A DNA stretch of 64,000 nucleotides from Smithellaceae bacterium (GTDB lineage: Bacteria > Desulfobacterota > Syntrophia > Syntrophales > Smithellaceae), in contig CAXXVL010000002.1 in NCBI GenBank assembly GCA_963667845.2, positions 800,001 to 864,000 of the forward strand. The letters are read 5' to 3'. The position numbers and the translations under genes were made by a program. Each line of letters starts with the position of its first letter. The stretch's first letter is position 1. The notes beneath the pieces were generated by a model, which was not told where the DNA came from, did no database searches, and was given only the letters and a program-made list of their open reading frames with translations. Of this stretch, positions 55,820 through 64,000 are shown piece by piece.

Positions 55820-57130
55820 ATGGAAAACGAGACGCTGTTTAATGAGGAGGCGGAACCTCCTGGTCCTAGGACCGGCCTTGTCGTAGCTCAAAATGAAACA
55901 ACGAATTTTCTTTCGTTGTCGACCGACAATCAGCAAACTTCCCTGGTAAAATCAAAACCAGAGCGCCTTTATTTCCCCTTTAAAGATTCACCCCGCTCCC
56001 GTGCTTTCCGCAAAAAGCATTACCCTGACATCAGCCGTATTGAATGGTTTGACTGGCGCTGGCAATTTCAAAACGCCATTCGCGACGTTCACACTCTCGA
56101 CACCATCATTCATCTGTCCGATAACGAACGCCAGGCAATGATGCACCCCTCCGGCGACCTTCCCGTTGCGATCACTCCTTACTACGCCAGCCTTATATCC
56201 GTAATCGATGCGACCTCGCCGTTACGCCGTTCGGTCGTGCCGGTAGTGGACGAGTGCCTGCATACGAAAGGCGAAGAAGAAGACCCTCTTTGCGAAGATG
56301 CCGACTCACCTGTCCCGGGCATCATCCATCGCTACCCCGACCGCGTACTATTTTTGGTCACCGATATCTGCGCCACTTACTGCCGCTATTGCACCCGCTC
56401 CAGAATCTTCGGCCGGCAGCATCAGTGTTTCATTGACACGGCCAAATGGGAAAAAGCGCTGGCCTATATTGAATCCAATCCCAATATCCGCGACGTGCTG
56501 CTGTCCGGAGGTGATCCCCTGACCCTGTCCGACGATAAACTCGAATGGCTGCTTTCCAGGCTCAAGGACATTCCTCACGTCGAACTCGTCCGTATCGGTA
56601 CCAAGGCACCCGTGGTTCTGCCACAGAGAATCACGCCGGCTCTCACATCCATGCTGAAAAAATATCATCCTCTCTGGATGAGCATCCATATCACCCATCC
56701 CGATGAGCTCACCCCCGAGATGAGCGCCGCCTGTATCCGTCTGGCCGATGCGGGCATTCCTCTCGGCAGTCAAACCGTTTTGCTCTCCGGAATAAACGAC
56801 TCGGTTTCCACGATGACCCGACTGGTCCACGGACTTTTGCAGATTCGCGTTCGACCCTACTACCTGTATCAATGCGATCCCATTCCCGGCTCCTCGCATT
56901 TCCGCACGCCGATCAGCAAGGGATTGGAGATCATCCAGGGCTTGCGCGGCCATACAACCGGCTATGCCGTTCCCACCTATGTCGTCGACGCGCCCGGCGG
57001 CGGCGGAAAAATCCCTTTACTTCCCGAATATGCCATCGGCTGGGATAAAGGCGATTTGATGATGCGCAATTATGAGGGCAATATCTTCCGCTACCCGGAT
57101 AATCACGCTGAGTCCAAGGATATCCACTAG
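55820..57130 (+). CDS. kamA: KamA-family radical SAM/PLP aminomutase (lysine 2,3-aminomutase-like)
   Basis: DWRWQ, HRYPDR, CATYCRYCTR, SGGDPL, SQTVLL.GIND, YQCD, VVDAPGGGGK (PLP lysine). Confidence 0.92.
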   Translation: MENETLFNEEAEPPGPRTGLVVAQNETTNFLSLSTDNQQTSLVKSKPERLYFPFKDSPRSRAFRKKHYPDISRIEWFDWRWQFQNAIRDVHTLDTIIHLSDNERQAMMHPSGDLPVAITPYYASLISVIDATSPLRRSVVPVVDECLHTKGEEEDPLCEDADSPVPGIIHRYPDRVLFLVTDICATYCRYCTRSRIFGRQHQCFIDTAKWEKALAYIESNPNIRDVLLSGGDPLTLSDDKLEWLLSRLKDIPHVELVRIGTKAPVVLPQRITPALTSMLKKYHPLWMSIHITHPDELTPEMSAACIRLADAGIPLGSQTVLLSGINDSVSTMTRLVHGLLQIRVRPYYLYQCDPIPGSSHFRTPISKGLEIIQGLRGHTTGYAVPTYVVDAPGGGGKIPLLPEYAIGWDKGDLMMRNYEGNIFRYPDNHAESKDIH

Positions 57131-57148
57131 GATCAATGAAATTATATT

Positions 57149-58171
57149 ATGTCCGGTAACCCAGAGTGCACTTCAGCCAACGTTCTCAAAAAAGTATCGA
57201 TCGGCCTGACCTATGACCTGCGCGACGATTACCTGCGTGAAGGCTACTCTCTGGAAGAAACCGCCGAATTTGACAAGCCTGACACCATCGCCGCTATTGA
57301 AGATGTCATTCTGCAAAACGGCTATGCGATCGACCGCATCGGCCACATTCAGGCATTGACCCGCCGCCTGGCTGCAGGAGATCGCTGGGACCTCGTTTTT
57401 AACATTGCCGAAGGCCTGCACGGTTTTGGCCGCGAGGCACAGGTTCCCGCTCTATTGGACGCTTACAAAATTCCCTACACTTTCTCTGATGCCCTCGGTC
57501 ATTCGCTCACGCTCCACAAAGGCATGACCAAACATGTTGTACGCGATCTCGGAATTCCCACGCCGGACTTCGCCGTTGTTTCCGCTCCCGAGGATATTGA
57601 CCTTGTCCATCTTTCCTTTCCGCTCTTTGCCAAACCCGTAGCGGAAGGCACGGGCAAGGGCATCACGGCTCTGTCCAAAATTGACACTCCCGATGATTTG
57701 CGCCGTATTTGTCTGAATCTGCTGAAAATCTTTCAACAGCCTGTGCTCGTCGAATGCTATTTGCCCGGACGGGAGTTCACCGTAGGTATCGTCGGCACGG
57801 GTAGGGATGCACGCGCTCTGGGTGCGATGGAAGTCATCTTGAATCCCGAAGCGGAGCAGCACGCCTACTCCTATGACAATAAAGAACACTATGAAAACCT
57901 CGTGCGCTATGCTGTCGTCGACGATGAAGAAGCCAAGCAAGCCATGGATATCTCTCTTCGCGCCTGGCGCGGCCTCGCGTTGCAGGATGGCGGCCGTATT
58001 GATCTGCGCTCCGATGCTCACGGTATGCCACACTTTATTGAAGTCAATTCTCTCGCCGGCTTGAATCCCATCCGTTCCGATTTGCCCATTCTTTGCAGGC
58101 TGATCGGCATATCCTACCACGAGCTCATCACCGATATTCTAAATTCCGCATTAAAGCGCGCGGGATTATAG
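57149..58171 (+). CDS. ATP-grasp ligase, D-Ala-D-Ala ligase-like (1)
   Basis: FNIAEG, REAQVP, KPVAEGTGKGI, GREFTVG, RIDLR, FIEVNSLAGL. Confidence 0.88.
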   Translation: MSGNPECTSANVLKKVSIGLTYDLRDDYLREGYSLEETAEFDKPDTIAAIEDVILQNGYAIDRIGHIQALTRRLAAGDRWDLVFNIAEGLHGFGREAQVPALLDAYKIPYTFSDALGHSLTLHKGMTKHVVRDLGIPTPDFAVVSAPEDIDLVHLSFPLFAKPVAEGTGKGITALSKIDTPDDLRRICLNLLKIFQQPVLVECYLPGREFTVGIVGTGRDARALGAMEVILNPEAEQHAYSYDNKEHYENLVRYAVVDDEEAKQAMDISLRAWRGLALQDGGRIDLRSDAHGMPHFIEVNSLAGLNPIRSDLPILCRLIGISYHELITDILNSALKRAGL

Positions 58172-58210
58172 ATAGCTGAATACTAGATCCTGAAGACGGG
58201 AATACATTGC

Positions 58211-59197
58211 ATGGATAAGATAATCATTTTGCACACGGATGTCGCACCCGATGCCAGTGAAGATGAATTGGATACTCTCCGTCAAGCTCAAGCCATTGCG
58301 GAAGCAATTATTTCACTGGGCCATGAACCGGTCCTCTTACCGTTTACCATGGATTTGAATGCCACGATTTCCAAACTCCGCTTCCTTAACCCCCGGGTCG
58401 TTTTCAACCTCGTAGAAACGGTAGGTGGAAAAGGCAGTATGATCTACTTTTCCACGGCATTATTGGACTTTCTGCATCTGCCGTATACGGGCTGCCGGAC
58501 AGAAGCCATGTTTGTGACGTCCAACAAACCGCTTACAAAAAGAATCCTTCATGCCGAAGGTATTGCGACGCCCGCCTGGATCACATCCGCAGGAATCTCA
58601 ACCGGCATATCATCTGCCAACACATACTTAACGAAGCCCTCCTGGGAAGATGCATCTGTTGGGTTGGATGAGGACTCGGTCGTCACAATGACCACTCGGG
58701 AAAATATGATTACGGCATTGCAAAATCGTCAAGTAAAAATCGGCTGTGATTGTTTCGCCGAAGCTTACATCGAAGGACGTGAATTTAACATCGCGCTGCT
58801 CGCCGATGACAAGGGTGTTCGGATTCTGCCTCCCGCGGAAATGCTGTTTCTGAATTATCCGCCAGAAAAGTTGAAGATTCTTGATTATCGCGCCAAGTGG
58901 GTTGAAGATTCTTTTGAATATGATAATACAAGACGCACCCTGGACGTTCAGCCGCACGACAGCGATCTTATCGATCGTCTGCGCGACATCGCCCTCACGT
59001 GCTGGCATTTGTTCGGTTTGCACGGTTACGCCCGCGTCGATTTTCGCGTGGATCAGCAGGGCAAACCCTTTGTCCTGGAAATAAATGCCAATCCTTGCTT
59101 GTCGCCGGACGCCGGTTTTGCAGCCGCCCTGAAACGAGCATCGATTACATACTCTACAGCAATCAATCATATCATCCAGGATGCCTTAAAAACCTGA
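58211..59197 (+). CDS. ATP-grasp ligase, D-Ala-D-Ala ligase-like (2)
   Basis: FNLVE, PYTG, KPSWEDASVG, GREFNI, YARVDFR, LEINANPCL. Confidence 0.88.
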   Translation: MDKIIILHTDVAPDASEDELDTLRQAQAIAEAIISLGHEPVLLPFTMDLNATISKLRFLNPRVVFNLVETVGGKGSMIYFSTALLDFLHLPYTGCRTEAMFVTSNKPLTKRILHAEGIATPAWITSAGISTGISSANTYLTKPSWEDASVGLDEDSVVTMTTRENMITALQNRQVKIGCDCFAEAYIEGREFNIALLADDKGVRILPPAEMLFLNYPPEKLKILDYRAKWVEDSFEYDNTRRTLDVQPHDSDLIDRLRDIALTCWHLFGLHGYARVDFRVDQQGKPFVLEINANPCLSPDAGFAAALKRASITYSTAINHIIQDALKT

Positions 59198-59212
59198 GGA
59201 GGAAATGTTTTT

Positions 59213-59563
59213 GTGTTAAAACCCGTTGTATTGTTATTTTTTTCCAATTTATTCATGACATTCGCCTGGTATGGCCACTTAAAGACTCTCAACAGTAAGC
59301 CCCTCTACCTCGTTATCGTGATCAGTTGGGGTATTGCCTTTTTTGAATACGTCCTGCAGGTGCCGGCTAATCGCATCGGCTTCGAGCACTATTCTTTAAG
59401 CCAACTCAAGATCATTCAGGAAGTCATTACCATGATCGTCTTTGCCGGTTTCGCTATCCTTTATATGAAACAGCCGCTGAAGCTCGACTTCCTCTGGGCG
59501 GCACTCTGCATGGTCGGCGCAGTCTACTTCATGTTTCGCGGTGGTTTGCCGCAGAATGGATGA
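59213..59563 (+). CDS. Small DMT-family membrane protein (SMR-like fold)
   Basis: SNLFMTFAWYGHL, SWGIAFFEY.LQVPANRIG, QLKIIQEVIT. Confidence 0.9.
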   Translation: MLKPVVLLFFSNLFMTFAWYGHLKTLNSKPLYLVIVISWGIAFFEYVLQVPANRIGFEHYSLSQLKIIQEVITMIVFAGFAILYMKQPLKLDFLWAALCMVGAVYFMFRGGLPQNG

Positions 59564-60051
59564 TTACCATGAAATCTGTCACCTATCGGCGGGAAATTGA
59601 GCCGCCCGATCTCGGAGCAATTCTAAATATCGTGCAATCCAGCGGTTATTTTTCCCCCGCGGAAGTGGAACTGGCCTGCGAACTGGCCACCGACCGCATT
59701 GAACGCGGCCTTCAAAGCTCCTATCAGTTCCTGTTTGCCGAAGATGACGGTCAAGTCATCGGCTACACTTGCTACGGTTTGATTCCGGCCACGATGGGGA
59801 GCTATGACCTCTATTGGATCGCTCTATCTGAATCCATGCGCGGCCGCGGCATAGGTAAAGTGCTGCTTCGCGAAACGGAAGAACTTATCCGGAAGCTCCG
59901 CGGCAGGCATTTATACGCGGAAACGTCTTCTCGAAACCAATATGCACCGACTCAGCGCTTTTACGAAAGCTGTCACTACACAGCGGAAGCTATTCTCAAG
60001 GACTTCTATTCCCCGGGCGATAGTAAAATTATTTACTCTAAGGTCCTTTAA
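59560..60051 (+). CDS. GNAT family N-acetyltransferase
   Basis: YDLYWIA..RGRGIG, AETSS..QY..T.RFY; ATGA overlap with the DMT gene. Confidence 0.9.
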   Translation: MITMKSVTYRREIEPPDLGAILNIVQSSGYFSPAEVELACELATDRIERGLQSSYQFLFAEDDGQVIGYTCYGLIPATMGSYDLYWIALSESMRGRGIGKVLLRETEELIRKLRGRHLYAETSSRNQYAPTQRFYESCHYTAEAILKDFYSPGDSKIIYSKVL

Positions 60052-60184
60052 TGACAGACAATAATACGATTAATCTGCCCTAGATTTGTTTTAAGGTCTT
60101 GCATTTTTGGTGATAATTCGCTAGAGCACTGCTGACTTTAAGGTCATAAAGTTGCATATCTAAGGAAAAAAGGAGGATTTGCTT

Positions 60185-60805
60185 ATGCGCCTGTTTCCTA
60201 AAGAAGAAAATTTTTTTAATTATTTTGAAGAGCTGGCCAATAAGATTGAAGAGGGCGGCCAATTCTTTCTCGAAATGACTAAGAATCGCGATTATTCGGA
60301 TGTAAAAGTTGCCAGGCTCAAGGAACTGGAACATGAGGCGGATGGCATTACGCATAAGACCTACGAAAGAATGCATAAGACCTTTCTGACTCCCATTGAT
60401 CGTGAAGACATATACGCATTGGTCAACAAAATGGACAGCATTATGGATGTCATTGAAGCAACGGCCATTCGCATCCATATGTATAAGGTTAAGAAGCCGG
60501 ATGACGAAATCATCAAGCAGGCGGAAATTCTTTTCCAGGCCATCAAGAAAATCAAAGGAATCGTTCACGGCCTGCGCGACATGAAAAATTCCAAAATGAT
60601 TCTGGACGGCTGTGTGGAAATCAACACCCTGGAAAATGCGGGCGATGTCGTTTTAAGAACCATCATCACGAACCTTTTCATCAAAGAGCAAGATGCCATC
60701 GAGCTGATTAAGTGGAAGGAAATTTTTGAACGGATTGAAGAAGCCATAGATGTCTGTGAAGATGTCTCCAACATTGTAGAAGGGATCGTCCTGAAACATG
60801 CTTGA
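60185..60805 (+). CDS. DUF47 / PhoU-like phosphate transport regulator
   Basis: LEHEAD, TFLTPIDREDI, LENAGD, IKWKEI, DVCEDV. AGGAGG RBS before ATG 60185. Confidence 0.93.
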   Translation: MRLFPKEENFFNYFEELANKIEEGGQFFLEMTKNRDYSDVKVARLKELEHEADGITHKTYERMHKTFLTPIDREDIYALVNKMDSIMDVIEATAIRIHMYKVKKPDDEIIKQAEILFQAIKKIKGIVHGLRDMKNSKMILDGCVEINTLENAGDVVLRTIITNLFIKEQDAIELIKWKEIFERIEEAIDVCEDVSNIVEGIVLKHA

Positions 60806-61799
60806 GTCGATGGCGTTTGTTTTTGTGCTGGTGGCAATCGCACTGATTTTTGATTTTCTCAATGGATTTCATGACTCTGCTAATTCCATTTCTACTGTCG
60901 TTTCCACTCGCGTTCTTTCACCGAAGCATGCTGTCATCTGGGCTGCTTTCTTTAATTTTGCTGCCGTTTTTTTTGTCGGTACTGAAGTTGCGCACACCGT
61001 CGGCAAAGGAATCATCCATTTAGACATCGTCGATAATCTGGTAATCTTATCTGCACTGGGCGGTGCAATTATCTGGAATATCGCTACCTGGTACTACGGT
61101 CTTCCCAGCAGTTCTTCCCATGCTTTAATCGGTGGTCTGATTGGCGCTGCCGTATCCAAAGCCGGAACCAGCACACTGGTCTGGTCAGGCATTACTAAGA
61201 CGACCATCTTTATCATTGTTTCGCCGGCAATCGGCATGGCTTTGGGTTTTCTATTCATGGCTCTATCCATGAATCTGAGTCGTCATTCCAATATGGCTAA
61301 ATCGGATAAGCTCTTTCGCAAGCTGCAGCTTGTATCCGCCGCTGTCTACTCACTGGGACACGGAATGAACGACGCACAAAAGACCATGGGCATTATTGCC
61401 ATGGCCCTTTTCAGTCAAGGACTTCTGGGCAGTACCTTTCACATACCCATTTGGGTTGTTATTGCCTGCTACACGATGATTTCTCTGGGAACCATGTTTG
61501 GCGGATGGCGCATTGTCAAAACGATGGGCACCAAAATCACCAAGCTGCAGCCGATGGGCGGATTCAGCGCCGAAACAGCAGCGGCCTGTTCGATCATCGG
61601 CGCGACAATAGCGGGTATTCCCGTCAGCACAACGCACACAATTACCGGCGCCATTGTGGGAGTCGGTTCCACAAAAAGACTTTCCGCCGTGCGTTGGGGA
61701 GTTGCCGGAAATATTATCTGGGCATGGATTTTAACCATACCCATTTCGGCCATCATTTCCGCAGCCATCTACTTTTCCGTTGGATACTTTGTTCGTTGA
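60798..61799 (+). CDS. pit: Inorganic phosphate transporter (Pit family)
   Basis: NGFHDSAN, PSSSSHAL, HGMNDAQK, GIPVSTTH. Confidence 0.95.
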   Translation: MLESMAFVFVLVAIALIFDFLNGFHDSANSISTVVSTRVLSPKHAVIWAAFFNFAAVFFVGTEVAHTVGKGIIHLDIVDNLVILSALGGAIIWNIATWYYGLPSSSSHALIGGLIGAAVSKAGTSTLVWSGITKTTIFIIVSPAIGMALGFLFMALSMNLSRHSNMAKSDKLFRKLQLVSAAVYSLGHGMNDAQKTMGIIAMALFSQGLLGSTFHIPIWVVIACYTMISLGTMFGGWRIVKTMGTKITKLQPMGGFSAETAAACSIIGATIAGIPVSTTHTITGAIVGVGSTKRLSAVRWGVAGNIIWAWILTIPISAIISAAIYFSVGYFVR

Positions 61800-61890
61800 T
61801 CATCACGCCTTAGCATAAAATATTATTGATATATTCTTTCTTTTACCGTAAATTATTCTTGCAACTTTTAATTTGCCAGGGAGAATACTG

Positions 61891-63156
61891 ATGCCGGAAA
61901 AACGACTGCCCTTCACCAAGAGACAACTGGAAGCCATTGTTGAAAAATATCCGACTCCTTTCCATATATATGACGAAAAAGCCATCCGGAAAAATGCGCG
62001 CGCTTTTTTGAAGGCCTTTTCCTGGAATAAAGGCTTCAAAGAATTCTTCGCCGTCAAAGCATGCCCTAATCCTTATCTAATGAAAATTCTTCACGCGGAG
62101 GGATTCGGTGCAGATTGCAGTTCACTTGCTGAATTAATCATGTCGCAAAAAACAGGCATCGTCGGCGAAGAAATCATGTTTTCCTCCAATGACACGCCCG
62201 CCGAGGAATTTGTCAAAGCCCGCAAACTTAAAGCGACGATTAACTTGGACGATATCACCCACATCAGCTATCTCGAGAAAAGCGCCGGTTTGCCGGAATT
62301 GATTTGCCTCCGTTACAACCCCGGCCCGTTAAAGAAAGGCAACATCATCATCGGCCATCCGGAAGAGGCCAAATACGGGTTTACACGGGAACAGTTGTTT
62401 GAAGGTTACCGCATTTGCCGGGATAAAGGCATTAAGCGTTTCGGCATCCACACGATGGTAGCCTCCAATGAACTTGATCCGAACTACTTTGCTGAAACGG
62501 CGGAAATTCTGTTCAAGTTGCTCGTTGAATTATCGCACGCTCTCAACATACGGTTTGAATTCGCCAATCTCAGCGGGGGCTTCGGTATTCCCTACCGGCC
62601 GGAACAGCCGCCTATTGATTTGCAGGTCATGACTCGCGGGATCCGGGAAAAATACGAACAGATTATCGTTGCCAATGGTTTCGCTCCTCTTAAGATTTTC
62701 ACAGAAAGCGGGCGTTATATTACCGGTCCCTTCGGTTATCTCGTATCCAAAGTTCTGCACATCAAGGACACATATAAACTGTTTGCCGGACTGGATGCCT
62801 CCATGGCCAATTTAATGCGTCCGGCCCTTTACGGCGCGTATCACCATATCACTGTCATGGGCAAGGAATCGCGCCCCCATGATTTTATGTATGACGTTAC
62901 CGGTTCTCTGTGTGAAAATAATGACAAATTTGCGATCGATCGCATGCTGCCCAAGCTCGATTACGGCGACACGATCGTTATTCATGATACAGGGGCACAT
63001 GGCTTTGCGATGGGTTTCAATTACAATGGCAAACTGCGCTCCGCAGAATTGCTGCTCAGGGAAGATGGCTCTGTAGTGCCCATTCGCCGCGCGGAAACAG
63101 TCAAAGATTATTTTGCGACGCTGGATTTCAAAGGCTTGGCCAAATTTCAGGTATAA
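61891..63156 (+). CDS. lysA: Diaminopimelate decarboxylase
   Basis: TPFHIYDE, FAVKA, SGGFG, ESGR, MRPALYGAYH, GSLCENND, GAHG..MGFNYN. GGAG RBS before ATG 61891. Confidence 0.92.
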   Translation: MPEKRLPFTKRQLEAIVEKYPTPFHIYDEKAIRKNARAFLKAFSWNKGFKEFFAVKACPNPYLMKILHAEGFGADCSSLAELIMSQKTGIVGEEIMFSSNDTPAEEFVKARKLKATINLDDITHISYLEKSAGLPELICLRYNPGPLKKGNIIIGHPEEAKYGFTREQLFEGYRICRDKGIKRFGIHTMVASNELDPNYFAETAEILFKLLVELSHALNIRFEFANLSGGFGIPYRPEQPPIDLQVMTRGIREKYEQIIVANGFAPLKIFTESGRYITGPFGYLVSKVLHIKDTYKLFAGLDASMANLMRPALYGAYHHITVMGKESRPHDFMYDVTGSLCENNDKFAIDRMLPKLDYGDTIVIHDTGAHGFAMGFNYNGKLRSAELLLREDGSVVPIRRAETVKDYFATLDFKGLAKFQV

Positions 63157-63357
63157 GCCGTTAACTTTCTAATCTCGTCGATCACACAAGAGGCTCTATC
63201 CTGAAAATCAACGTTCTCTTGTTGTATTTCCCGACCTTTTTTTGAAATGTCGCAACGTCGTCGTGATACAGCTTTTGCGCCTTAGGTCCAACCTTCAGCC
63301 GACACTCCCGGGTGACGGGACTGCCCGAAGTCTTTAGTCTTACGACCTATTTCTCCA

Positions 63358-63386
63358 TTGCCTTTTTTATATACCATGATTATACT
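63358..63386 (+). promoter_or_regulatory. Sigma-70 promoter abutting the ybaK start codon
   Basis: TTGCCT-N17-TATACT; the ATG starts 6 nt after the -10 box. Confidence 0.65.
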
Positions 63387-63392
63387 TAATCC

Positions 63393-63875
63393 ATGTCGAA
63401 AGAGAAGATTCCATCAACACCCGCAATATTGGTGCTAAAGGAGAAAGGAGCCGATTTTACACTGCATCCATATGGTTATGAAGAAAGAGGCGGTACAAAA
63501 GTCTCTTCTCAAAAGCTTGGAGCGGACGAGCACTGTGTGATCAAAACTCTGGTCATGGAAGATGAGACCTCAAAACCTCTCATTATTTTGATGCATGGCG
63601 ATAAAGAAGTTTCCACCAAGGCATTGGCCCGCTTGCTGAATGTTAAATCCATAATGCCGTGCAAACCCACTGTCGCGCAAAGACATACCGGCTATTTGGT
63701 TGGGGGAACGTCGCCGTTCGGCACCAGAAAGCCTTTGAGTATATATATGGAGAGATCAATCGCAGCCTTACCGTATATCTTGATTAATGCCGGTTCCCGG
63801 GGTCTGCTGGCAAAAATGTCGCCATTGGAACTGATTCGGGTTCTGGAACCCTTTGAAGTAAGCGTCGCGATATAG
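63393..63875 (+). CDS. ybaK: Cys-tRNA(Pro) deacylase YbaK/EbsC
   Basis: TPA, IKTLV, TGYLVGGTSPFG, NAGSRG. Confidence 0.92.
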   Translation: MSKEKIPSTPAILVLKEKGADFTLHPYGYEERGGTKVSSQKLGADEHCVIKTLVMEDETSKPLIILMHGDKEVSTKALARLLNVKSIMPCKPTVAQRHTGYLVGGTSPFGTRKPLSIYMERSIAALPYILINAGSRGLLAKMSPLELIRVLEPFEVSVAI

Positions 63876-63927
63876 TTTGCGTTAAAGTTAAGGAAGAAGA
63901 TAATACCGTTAGATTTGAGGAAGACCT

Positions 63928-64000
63928 ATGACGGATAATGTGATTATTCGCTGTCTCAATTGCGGCACCAAGAATCGTATACCAAGTCAAAAATTTCAGG
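63928..64000 (+). CDS. trxC: Start of zinc-finger thioredoxin (TrxC-like), truncated by the window edge
   Basis: GAGG RBS; MTDNVIIRCLNCGTKNRIP matches the CxxC..NR.P N-terminus of thioredoxin 2. Confidence 0.65.
   Translation, partial: MTDNVIIRCLNCGTKNRIPSQKFQ

Noticed and set aside
55820..57130. Calling the aminomutase epmB or glutamate 2,3-aminomutase
   Set aside because: It has KamA-type YQCD and DAPGGGGK motifs with both acidic residues; no efp/epmA adjacent
57149..59197. Calling the ligases ddl
   Set aside because: Ddl substrate-site motifs are altered and there is no cell-wall gene context

Overview
Gene-dense chromosomal segment from an anaerobic bacterium. Gene content and protein style suggest Desulfobacterota, possibly Syntrophales/Smithella-like (inference, no database check). 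From left to right it contains: (i) a catabolic region with a tungsten-type aldehyde:ferredoxin oxidoreductase fused to an iron-containing alcohol dehydrogenase, an acyl-CoA dehydrogenase, a ThDP enzyme, a quinone reductase, and a convergent GMC oxidoreductase-polyferredoxin-AOR operon; (ii) a ~22 kb minus-strand block gathering glutamine-producing and glutamine-consuming enzymes (hisHF, pdxST, split glutamate synthase, glutamine synthetase III, carA-guaA-carB-purF) around a NifA-like activator and a sigma-54/IHF promoter; (iii) a TIGR01212-type radical SAM gene divergent from mnmG, then lutABC and accessory genes; (iv) an Mce/Mla-type locus whose ATPase is degenerate and appears to start at ATT; (v) degP, a PHP hydrolase, a 2.2 kb stretch with no convincing gene, and mutM; (vi) a lysine 2,3-aminomutase / two ATP-grasp ligase / DMT / GNAT operon of unknown product, followed by DUF47-pit, lysA, a probably leaderless ybaK and the start of trxC. 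Several REP/MITE-like palindromic elements lie in intergenic spaces. No rRNA, tRNA, CRISPR array, integrase or intact transposase was recognised.
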